A stretch of 64,000 nt of DNA, taken from NCBI RefSeq assembly GCF_006345805.1, contig NC_043004.1, forward strand, positions 24,304,001-24,368,000. The letters run 5' to 3'. The stretch is from Octopus sinensis. Lineage: Eukaryota. The notes below the pieces were generated by a model. The model saw nothing but the letters and a program-made list of their open reading frames with translations, searched no databases and was not told the DNA's origin. Positions 53,491 through 64,000 of the stretch are shown piece by piece (the first letter of the stretch is position 1; each line of letters opens with the position of its first letter). A program made the position numbers and the translations under genes.

Positions 53491-53594
53491 ACGGGAAAGT
53501 TTACGAAAATAAACAAAAGACGAAGGCAGGTGGAGTACAAACAAACAAATGTATTAGTATAGCGCTTACGTTTCGAGCCTACGCTCTTCGACAC
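53491..53594 (-). mobile_element. Short PLE-derived element with hammerhead-like core, copy D (truncated, internally deleted)
   Basis: The minus strand reads GTGTCGA-a-gagc-gtag-gctc-GAAAC-GTA; shares gaaaataaacaaaagacgaaggcaggtgga with copy C; abuts (TA)n. Confidence 0.65.
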
Positions 53595-54039
53595 ATATAC
53601 ATACATGCACACATTAACACACTTATGTAAATATATATGCATAGAAATATAAGGTTGACTCTCGTATTGTAGACGAAAGATACGGAATGCACAGCTGGTT
53701 GCTGAACAATCCATACAAATGATTTGTTTATAGTAATCACATGTTTTTAATAATCACATGTTCACTCTTACTCCAAAGAAATAATGGCATGGTGTGCTGC
53801 ACGTCAGATGTTGAAGTGACCGCAAAACAACGTGAGGTATATATGTACATATGTATGCATGTATATGGAATATGAAGGCTGGTGCATCCTCAGAAAGTAT
53901 TTCCTTTTATTTTACGGTATGTCATACTGCATATTTTTTATGGTTACCACAACCTACACCTGTTTCCGTTGCACAGAGTAGCCTGAAGCATAACTCAGAA
54001 AAACAAGGTATCCGTCTTGATGATATATACCTCTAAAGA

Positions 54040-54117
54040 GACATTAAGTTTATATATATATATGTGTATGTATATATATATATATTATATATATATATAT
54101 TATATATATATATATAT

Positions 54118-54193
<76 letters not shown>

Positions 54194-54488
54194 CAAAAAT
54201 TAGATAAGAGTCGAAATTGATATTAATCAATTAAAACCAGTGGTTTAGCATATTTTTAAAAATCTGAAGATTAAAAATTGTTTTATATACAACATATAGA
54301 GGACTGACCACTATCCAATGATAGACTTTTAGTGGTCAGTCATCTAAATTTTGTATATTTATATATATACATATTCATATATATTCATATATATATACAT
54401 ATATATATATACATATATACATATATATACATATATATACATAAACATATATATATATATATACATGTATATATGCACATGTATATAT

Positions 54489-54519
<31 letters not shown>

Positions 54520-54593
54520 CGTATACATATATATTATACATATATATATATACTATATATACATATATATATACATATATATATATATAATTA

Positions 54594-54625
<32 letters not shown>

Positions 54626-54702
54626 CATATATATATATATAATACATATATATATACATTATATATATATATTATATACATATATATATATATATATATA
54701 TA

Positions 54703-54748
<46 letters not shown>

Positions 54749-54815
54749 TATATATACATATATATATATACATATATATACATATATATATATATATTTA
54801 TATATATATATATAC
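54040..54815. repeat. Two (TA)n/(TACA) arrays flanking a ~150-bp spacer
   Basis: Direct inspection. Confidence 0.93.
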
Positions 54816-55642
54816 ACGTAGTGAGAGAGAGAGTGAGACATCTACAAATCTCTGTGAATTTATTCATTCTCTGACCTTTCTCAGATGTGTTATTAACATT
54901 ATCGAATTGGCCGTTCTTTAATTCTTTAAAATTTCCATATTAACTTTTTAATTAAATGTTTAAATCTTCCGAAGTGTTTGCACGGTCGTCCATCACTCCA
55001 CATCCACATTTGTATTGCATTTAACATGCGTAATTGCAACCACATGACACATGATTACTGTTATTGAATTCGTGATGAATTACAGGAAGAAATGTGAGGG
55101 ATCACACTGGCTTAGCAACAGATATTTTGGGTAAATGAGTTCACGATGAAATATTGACTCAATTAAATCTAAAAACAATTCGTTACATTTTCTTTATACC
55201 AATTTATATAGTTGTATATTATTGATTAAATGAAGGGAAAATTGAGAATAAATTCAACAAAGAAGTATGCCTTTGTGGCTGAAACGTCCACTTTGCAAAT
55301 ATGAGTTTTAATATCCGAATCATTACTTGCCTTCTACAAAAGCCGGGGCAAGAACAAAAGTCATTGAGCGAAATTTACTAGTAAAATATTATGGAAGCCT
55401 ATCACAGTCACGGAGCCTGTTTTAAAATGATAGACCTAAGATATATTTTCTAACGAATTATTTCGTTATAATTATCTAATATTAGTTATTAATCTGGGTT
55501 TTTTTTCCTGTTTACCCCAATATTTTATAATATGAAACAAAGAACTATGATCAACTACTTTCCAAATTTGACTAGCAGTTTCTTTCAGACATCATTTACC
55601 TTAGTCTACATGATCCAATAACTACAGTATATGTGTGTGTGC

Positions 55643-55692
<50 letters not shown>

Positions 55693-55944
55693 TGAAAGAA
55701 CAACAAATAACATATATATATATTATTTATTGTTCTTTAACCCCGTCTTTGTGTTTTTTTGTGTTTTTCCACCCCGTAACTTAGCAGTCCAGCAACTGAT
55801 TGATAGGATAAATACTAGGCTTTCAAAAGTAAGTATGTGTAAGTATATGTATATAAGTATATACATATACATATATATTTATATATATATGTAAGTATAT
55901 ACATACATACATACACACACACACGTGTGTGTGTGTGTGTGTGT

Positions 55945-56238
55945 GTGGAGGCGCAATGGCCCAGTTTTTAGGGCAGCGGACTTGCGGTCGTAGGATCACG
56001 ATTTCGATTCCCAGACTGGGCGTTGTGAGTATTTTTTGAGCGAAAACACCTAAAGCTCCACGAGGCTCCAGTAGGGAGTGGTGGCGATCCCTGCTGTACT
56101 CTTTAGCCACAACTTTCTCTCACTCTTTCTTCTGTTGGCCTGCTCGCTTAGCCAGCGGGGTGGCGTCATTTGAAGGCTAAAACAATGCGAAGCGCATTGT
56201 GACCAGCGATATGTAGCAACATCTGATAGCCTGGTCGA
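55945..56238 (+). mobile_element. SINE family S2, tail variant b
   Basis: Head gtggaggcgcaatggccca...gcggacttgcggtcgtagg...ttcgattccc and core aagctccacg.ggctcc...caactttctct shared with 39105-39417; different 3' tail. Confidence 0.88.
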
Positions 56239-56599
56239 TATATATATATAGAGAGAGAGAAATAAGCCATATTCGCACTTCAATGGCAGCGTCATAGCAG
56301 TTTAGTGCATAATATATGTTGGCAGTAGCATAAATTTAAGACTAACGATGTCATGCGAGTTGTGAACACTTGAATGATTTTGATTAATTAGTTAATTACA
56401 ACTGATTTGGTCTCTTAAACTTTCAGAAAATGAAACATTATAACCTAAGAGCAGTGAAACTATTTTTACTATTACCGTTTTTTCTTTTTTGCGTTGGCTT
56501 AGATATTATTTCATAACTGTGGTCCATGGATTACGTCTTTAATTAAGTTTCTACTGCTAAACAGAATAAAGTTAAAGTACAAACAATAACAACAGTAAT

Positions 56600-56735
56600 G
56601 GTGATTCTTTATAAATTTGGCAGAATGCCAGATGTAAGGGGAACGGTTATTCGATTACATCGACCCCAGAGCTTAACTGGTATTTAATTTATTGATTCTG
56701 AAAGAATGAAAGACGAAGTTGGCCTCGGTGGAATT
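56600..56735 (-). mobile_element. SINE family S3, 3' fragment
   Basis: tcgattacatcgacccc...aactggta.ttaatttat.ga..c.gaaaga.tgaaa...cctcggtggaatttg. Confidence 0.75.
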
Positions 56736-56789
56736 TGTCAAAAACGAAGTAAAAATCAAAAACAAAACTTTTTTTTCTTTTTTATTTTT

Positions 56790-59700
56790 TAGATTTCGAA
56801 CTAACACAGACAGAGTGAACCATTCATAAATTTAAAAACACCACAAAAAGCTGTGCTCGGAGATAAACCTACCAACCAAAAGATACAGACGAATACAGAT
56901 CTGTTAGTCTTAAGAAGTTACGGTAGATCAATGTTTACATGCAGAGAACTCGGTGACGGTGTTGTCTCAAAATATTGGCCCTATACAGACAAATCCGTCC
57001 CTTAATGTCGACGTCGCAGCTCGTCATGCCTCAATAATAACAAAGTAAATTACAAACCAGATGAGTCGTCGGCCGGATCACAAAGGGCCACGTACTTGAT
57101 ATAGGTATGTTAGCCTTAAGAAGCTACGTTACGGGCAATGTTTACAATTAACCCTAAACAGATAGACCCGTTCCCTAATGTCAACGACGAAGCTCGTCAT
57201 TCCTCGCTGTTAACAAAGCAAAATACAAACCGGAAGGATTATCGACCGCATTACAAATGGCCACGTACTCGAATGAGGAACCAGATTCGATACGAGAAAT
57301 CAGCTACTGGTTCAAATCTTCCCGACACACAGGAATTGGAAGTACCCCAGAACCAGAATATTCCAGCATATAGCCATCCATGCTCGTCATCAAACAGCGA
57401 AAAGAAAAAGAATGAAAAATGGTCTAGGGAAGATAATAAAGAAGTTCTTACGGCCTTCTACCATGCCATTTATTTCCCCACAAATAAATCTAATACTGTA
57501 CAAACCTACTTAAACTGGAGACAGAAACACATTGAAGACCCTACGTAGACAGTAACACACTTGCCAAAGTAAGAAGAAACATTATGAAAACAAATTACTA
57601 ACTGAAGTAGAGATTGACCAAATTAAACAAGCAGTAAGGGGTAAAAAGAATGAAGCTGTAGCTAAAGAAGATACTACTGAGGAAATAATTACAGACCAGC
57701 CCGGGGCTGATGAAAATGCAGTAATGATTGAAAGTGTTAATATAACTAATAAGCAAAGTGAAATGCTCTCTGAACCAACCATAAACACTAAGAAATAGAT
57801 GAAATAAAGAAATAGATGAAGAGAGTCACACATAAATTTACCCAACAGAGCTACATGATCAAAAAAATCAAATCATGATTGAATGGCTGAAAATTAAAGA
57901 AACTAGTATAAATGAAAGTGATACTCTCCCAAAAATTCGTAATTCTAACTAAAACCTGAAAATAATTGGTAAAATCCGCCTTTCACTTAAGGATATAATT
58001 TCAGCTAATGATGTTGATATTACAGATCTCAACTAGCTGTACTATGCATCTGCGAAAATCTCAACGATTCTATGTGGTGAAAAGATTAGAAAACGACAAC
58101 ATTCCCACAAAAAACCTTCTTGGCAAGAGCGTATTCAACACCAAATTAAGCTACTTAGGTTTGACACAGAATGTTTGAAAAAGCTTAAGTTTAACAAGAC
58201 TACCAAACCTACAAAATCCCGAAAACTATAGAAAAATTATATGAAAACCATATTGGACATTTATACCACCATAGAAACTATCAAGCACAATGTACGTGCT
58301 AAAGTTGCCCGCATGGCAAGGTATGAAAAGCGTGTTAGATTATTTAAGGACAACACCATGTTCAAAAATAAACTCCAAACATTTTACAGGAAGATAGCGA
58401 AGATACACTTTACATTAAAGCCTGTTCCATCAAAAGAAGATGTGCAGGAATTTTGGAATAAAATTTGGGTAGAAGAAAAAAACACACAATGAAAAGGCCC
58501 CTTGGACTGATAGAATATCTACAGACTTAGACTCCTTAGAGGAGCAAAGTGGGAGGGTGTCAAGGTAGAAGATATAAGATATATTCTCAGGAGATCAAGC
58601 AAATAGAAGTCTCTAGGAAAGGATAAAATTCCTAATTTCTAGTTGAACTTCCCAGAGAGCCATGAACTACTAACAAAACTTTACAACGATGTTTTGCAAC
58701 ATCCTAGTATGATACCCTCTTGGCTAATTAATGGTTTAACATTCCTACTTCCATAAAATGAAGAAACAAATGAACCAAAAAATTATCGACCCATAACCTG
58801 CTTAACAACAATGTATAAAGCGCTAACATCTGTCCTGACTGAATATACCTATAGTTTATTTTAATAGAAAGTAGTATATTCCCTAATGAGTAAAAAGGAT
58901 GTAAACGTGGAACTTATGGCTGATCTTAGAAGATTGTTTCAAACGATACAAAAACTTGTCAATAGCCTGGATAGACTATAAAAATGCTTTTGATAGCCTA
59001 CCACATAGCTGGATTAAGAAATGTCTGGAAATGTATAAAATAGCTCCTACTTGGCAAAGCTTTTTGTCTATAACTATGAGATCATGGAGAGGTACACTGA
59101 TTTTTAACAGTGACAATGAATCTCTAAATGCTGGAGATGTAAGAATTTCATGTGGCATGTTCCAGAGTAACTCACTATCACCACTTCTCTTTTGTCTAGC
59201 CTTAATACCTCTCTCACAATTGCTCAATGAGGCACAGTACGGTTATAAAATGTTTGATAAAAATATAAATCATCTCATTTCCATAGATGATTTAAAGCTA
59301 CTTGCAAAAAATCACCAGCAACTCAAGGACTTACTAGCGAGTGTTAAACAATTAAGTGATGATATCAGGATGCAATTTGGCCTCATTAAATGTGCAAAAG
59401 TTACCTTTATCAAAGGAAAATTGACAGAAACATCTAACGTTCACCTTGACTAGCAGAATGTCATAAAAGAGTTAGAACCAGCGGAGAGATACAAATACCT
59501 AGGGGTAATTGAATGGGACGGAATCAAACATTCAATGATGAAGGAAAGGATCAGAAGAGAATGTTATCGCAGGAAAAGAAATACTGGAGACATAGCTGAA
59601 TGCAAGAAACAGGATCGAAGCAATCAATGCTTTAGCCATATTACTGAAATATGTAATCTAGACATAAAAATATGAAAACTATTGACAATGCATAGAATGC

Positions 59701-60951
59701 ACCTACCTAATGCAGATATAGAGTGACTTTATCTGCCAAGAAAAGAGGGAGGCCGTGGACTTTTATAACTAGTATTAACAATGAAGATTGCCACAATTGG
59801 CCTAGATACCTACCTGGAAAACTCTGAGGACCGGATGTTAAAACTTGTCTCAAAACATAAAAACAAGAAAGTATCATTCTCAGTAACAAAACAGGCAAAG
59901 GAATATCTAAGGGAATTCTGAATACAACAAATTCCAGAATTAGACGTACTAGAAACAAGTGCAGAAAAAGCTAAGCGCATGAAAACCCGCGCTAAAACTG
60001 CTGCCTTAGATATTCTGACTGACAAATGGCAAGAAAAACCTCTCAATGGCAAATACACAAAGAGAGCTAATAATGTCGATGTTGACAAAGCGCTTACCCG
60101 TTAATGGCTAATGGCTTCTGACTTAAAATCAGAAACAGAAGTGTTTATCATAGCAGCCCAACATCAATGCCTACCTACAAGGAACTACCAGGCCAACAAC
60201 GGCAGCTCCCCAGTATGTCGGGTGTGTCAACAACAAAATGAGACTATTGATCATGCTGTCTCCTTCTTGCGCCTACGGAGTATCTCAACAGGCATCATAG
60301 AGCTGCACAATATATTCACTGGGTAATTTCCAAAAATGTGGACTTGCTCCATGATAAAAACTGGTGGGAACACAAACCACACCCAGTGCTTGAAAATGAT
60401 CGCTTGTCACTACTCTGGAACTTCACCAACTGACAGAAAGATAGATGCAAATAGGTCAGACGTCATTTTGAAAGACTTCAGACAAAAATTATGGCTCCTC
60501 ATTGATACGACTGTCCCAATCGATATAAACGTATCTGTCAAGACCTGCCAAAAACTGAGCAAGTATAAAGATCTTGAAATAGAAATTCGCTAATGTGGAC
60601 CCTGAAGACTAAAAATAACTGTTGTCATAGGTGCCCTATGAATGAGAGCAAAAGAAGTTGATTGCTACCTAGCTCAGATACCAGGAAACCCCAAAATAGC
60701 AGAAATTAAACAGAAAGTGCTCATGGGAACAGCCCATATCCTACGCAAAATACTTTCTATGTAATCTCAAATTTTAAAACATACATATAATTTTCTTATG
60801 GTTTCTTAAGCTTTATCTAGAACAACACTGTGTACAAAACCAAATATATGGCACCCTAGGCATAACACCAACATGAACTTCTAACTCGTCTCTTGATGTC
60901 TCTGGGTGAGACTTGGAGCCAACTTGTATAAATGTATAAAGTCAAACATAA
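56790..60951 (+). mobile_element. Near full-length Dong/R4-clade non-LTR retrotransposon (single RT-CCHC-RLE ORF), inactivated by many stops and frameshifts
   Basis: N-terminal KWSREDNKEVL..FY; RT motifs NYRPITCL, AWIDYKNAFDSLPHSWI, SLSPLLFCLALIPLS, DDLKL, FGLIKCA, YKYLG; RKEGGRGL; CRVC...ETIDH; ANRSD..LKD..LLIDTTVP..KYKDLEIE; (TAA)n tail. The 5' boundary is approximate. Confidence 0.92.
56902..57270 (+). repeat. Two diverged tandem units (period about 206 bp) in the 5' region of the Dong element
   Basis: tgttag.cttaagaag.tacg at 56902 and 57108; ccct.aatgtc.acg.cg.agctcgtcat.cctc...ggccacgtact in both units. Confidence 0.85.
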
Positions 60952-61252
<301 letters not shown>

Positions 61253-61604
61253 GTGGGGGAGCATCATAGCCATGTGTTGAGAGGGATTCTTTGGGGTTTG
61301 AATAGTTCACCTCTGGAAACATGGGTGGTTCTTTCAACATCCTTAAACAACCCTTATTCAGGGACCGTTTGAGCGGGATAGGCTACTCAACCTGAAGAAA
61401 ATTCTAACTGGGCCCCACCTGCAAGGTCATGTGCTGTTTATCTTGATATGAGATCACCATGTCGCGCACATATGGTTGTGATGCATGTGCCTGGTGTACC
61501 TTTATCAGACGGGTAGTCATGATGGGTATATTGGGCTTCGTATATTTTACCCCAGTGTCACTTTGATGGCATGAACTGCTCTCTCACTCAATAATAATAA
61601 TAAT
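61253..61604 (+). mobile_element. TAA-tailed non-autonomous element, 5'-truncated, inside the same TAA array as the Dong tail
   Basis: Homologous to 21001-21560; ends ctctctcactca-ataataataataat. Confidence 0.88.
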
Positions 61605-62697
61605 ATCCAGCTGGTGGTTAATGCAATAACGTATTGAGATCAAATTAATAACGAGAAACGCAGACGGCTCACACCATTCATACACATCTTTATAAGTAAA
61701 CAACCAATTCACATTCACGTAATTTGAATCTGCAAACACACATAAATACGGAAAAACAAGACAATCATCTGTCATAGAATTATCATAGATTTATGATGGC
61801 AGAAAACTTGCAAGAACTTGGTTATGATTAGTAATAAAATTCCTCATACAGATTCTCTCTCATTAATATTCAACAGACTATTCATGGAAATGTTCTCACT
61901 CGTTAATATATTTGATCGTATTTATGTATATTTCTTCAAAAGGATTCCAGGCTAACGAAATAAAATAACCAATTATTTTTAAATGTATTCTTCGATTTGG
62001 CACTTCTTTTGGATTTCGCTCTTTCTATAAACTAAGGAATTAATAAAAGCATGTATGAAATTACACATAATATCACCGTCTAAATAATGGAAAACTGAAT
62101 ATAACTCGTTTATTTCGTAACTCGACATTTATATTGGCACATAAAAAACAAAAATATTAGCAACTGTGTACAAGTATATTACATAGTTTAACATATTCAC
62201 TGCATAAAATACTTTAAATTCGCCTCAAAAATAGAGTTAATCACGTATTATTATATATATTTGTGTTGGGGAAGGTATACGTACACATATATACGTACAT
62301 ATACATTGATATAGATATACATGCATATACTTATACGCACACTACAAAATTGCCTGTTAACTATTAACTGTGTATGGAGCTAAATTTTTATCATTGTAGA
62401 ATACACACATATATATACATATATGTGTATATATAGTGCGTGTGTATAAATACATATACATATGCATATATATATATATATATGTATTTGTATGTACGTA
62501 TGTAAGAATTTATGGATTGATGGATGGATGGATGAATGGATTATGTATGTCTATAAATACATCAGTTTTCATCTTCCTTGATTCATCAGAAAGTAAAAGA
62601 TTATACTATGCCATCATATATGGCATAATCGACATAGATTGATTTTTATTTAATAATAAGAAGAGACGTTTTGGTCCTATTGCATCTACATACTTAC

Positions 62698-62756
62698 GCA
62701 AGCAGGGCAAAGGTCATTGAGGCCTATGTTCGATTTGTAAATCTGTAGACTGATGC
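62698..62756 (-). other. Possible 59-nt micro-exon
   Basis: Acceptor cttcctccatttttcacatag, donor tgc|gtaagt, one open frame (x)ISLQIYKSNIGLNDLCPAC. Confidence 0.2.
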
Positions 62757-63754
62757 CTATGTGAAAAATGGAGGAAGTACTTACAATCGACTGTACTCTT
62801 TAATGGATGATATTAAAGTGTTTAACGCAGCATTAAGGGACGAAACACAATAGAAATTACGAAGGATAGAAGCGACAGTATTTGTGGCGTCGGGGCAGAG
62901 GTGATAAGCAGCGCACAATGACAGAATCTGTGGTTACATTGGAAACAAGAAGAGACGGTGCGAATGAGCAGATTTTTTTTATTTAATGAGTATTTGTTAA
63001 ACTGAGTGAAAGATGTCGAAAATGCTTGACTGTGTTGCAGTAGTAAATTTTCGGATATGTGCGTGTGCATGATCTCATTAGAGAATCATCCACAAAACAA
63101 ATATTTTATCAAAAATATCATTAAAAGTAATGTACTTCCTCGCAAACTTTAGAAATTGTTTTTCATCGATTTTATTTATATCCAGATTTAGTGAATTTAA
63201 TGACGATTGTTTTCCATCCAAATTTATGCAAAATATTTCTTTTTCTTTCGAAGAATCTTAAACTGCTTTTTATTTATTAAAGAGATTTTTCAGAAAAAAG
63301 TATTATCTTGAGTGTTATTTTTTTCTTCTCTTTATATCTACAATAATTTTTTTAAACACTTATAATTTTTTAAACTTCAAATTTTATTTTAAAATCTATT
63401 TCGTTCTGCATCATGCTCTATTCTTAAGCAATATTAGTAAATACTTGCTTTAATGACGACTTTAAGACGATACATCTTCTTCATGGTATTTTTGAGGAAA
63501 CCTTAGCTGCATTTTTAAGATTAAGAAAATAGTTCGTTTTATTTCAAGTGCTAAAATTCATTAACAAAAATACCATAAATTCATTCAATGTTCTGTTTTT
63601 CTGTTTTTCAAAAGACATTAAAATTAAAATCCATCAAGCAAGTTTCTCAAAATCTATTTCCATTACCAGTTAAAACCATTTAATTTCAAGACAAATGTCA
63701 ATGGTAACGCATATACATGCATATATATGGTAACGCATATACATGCATATATAT

Positions 63755-63900
63755 GTAGTCGCGTGGTAAGAAACTTGTTTCCCAACCACATGGCTCCGCG
63801 TTCAGTCGCACTGCATGGAACCTTGGGCGAGTGCCTTCCATCAAAGCCTCAGGCCGACCAATGCCTTCTGAGTGGATTTGGTAGGCGGAAACTTAAATGT
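63755..63900 (+). mobile_element. SINE family S1, 5' half, preceded by a 27-bp tandem duplication
   Basis: gtggtaaga..cttg.ttcccaaccacatgg.tccg.gttcagt...gagtggatttggtag; atggtaacgcatatacatgcatatat occurs twice just upstream. Confidence 0.8.
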
Positions 63901-64000
63901 ACTGTATATTTTTTTTATAATTTATATATATTTATTTTATCTTTATATATTTAAGCTTTTATAAACTCCCACCCACTCTTAGGAGTACCCGTGTCTTCTC

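Noticed and set aside
54302-54341. 12-bp inverted repeat gactgaccacta/tagtggtcagtc between TA arrays
   Set aside because: Too short to assign a function, with no ribozyme core or terminator context in a eukaryotic sequence.
50989-56020. tRNA-like A/B boxes considered as tRNA genes
   Set aside because: Each continues into SINE body sequence and lacks a complete cloverleaf.
57190-57225. TCCTCGC resembling the L3 loop of an HDV-like ribozyme in the Dong 5' region
   Set aside because: Flanking P3/P1 pairings could not be formed, and the sister repeat unit lacks the motif.
56902-57270. Tandem repeats considered as a CRISPR-like array
   Set aside because: Only two long diverged units without unique spacers, in a eukaryotic retrotransposon.

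Overview
This is AT-rich, microsatellite-dense eukaryotic DNA with no recognisable intact protein-coding gene, rRNA, tRNA or CRISPR array. The repeat inventory (tRNA-derived SINE families, Dong/R4 LINEs, Penelope-like elements, very long (TA)n/(GT)n/(TAA)n arrays) strongly resembles an octopus (coleoid cephalopod) intron or intergenic region; the taxon is an inference. Most ORFs in the track are microsatellite translations. Supportable content: a near full-length dead Dong/R4 retrotransposon (~56.8-60.95 kb) plus fragments, a mariner relic split in two, Tx1/RTE/CR1-like LINE remnants, Penelope-like (PLE) remnants, a Helentron-type non-autonomous element, MITE-like hairpins and many SINEs. Best second-look signals: (1) a minimal type I hammerhead ribozyme inside a 352-bp unit with a 78-bp terminal direct repeat (retrozyme-like); (2) further hammerhead motifs, including a four-copy family at (TA)n arrays with a recurrent non-canonical core; (3) a micro-inversion with duplications at both breakpoints, read from the split mariner; (4) a near-perfect inverted duplication beside a 40-bp palindrome. 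Boundaries and identities were judged by eye and are approximate, and family names S1/S2/S3 are my own labels. No database searches or folding calculations were run.
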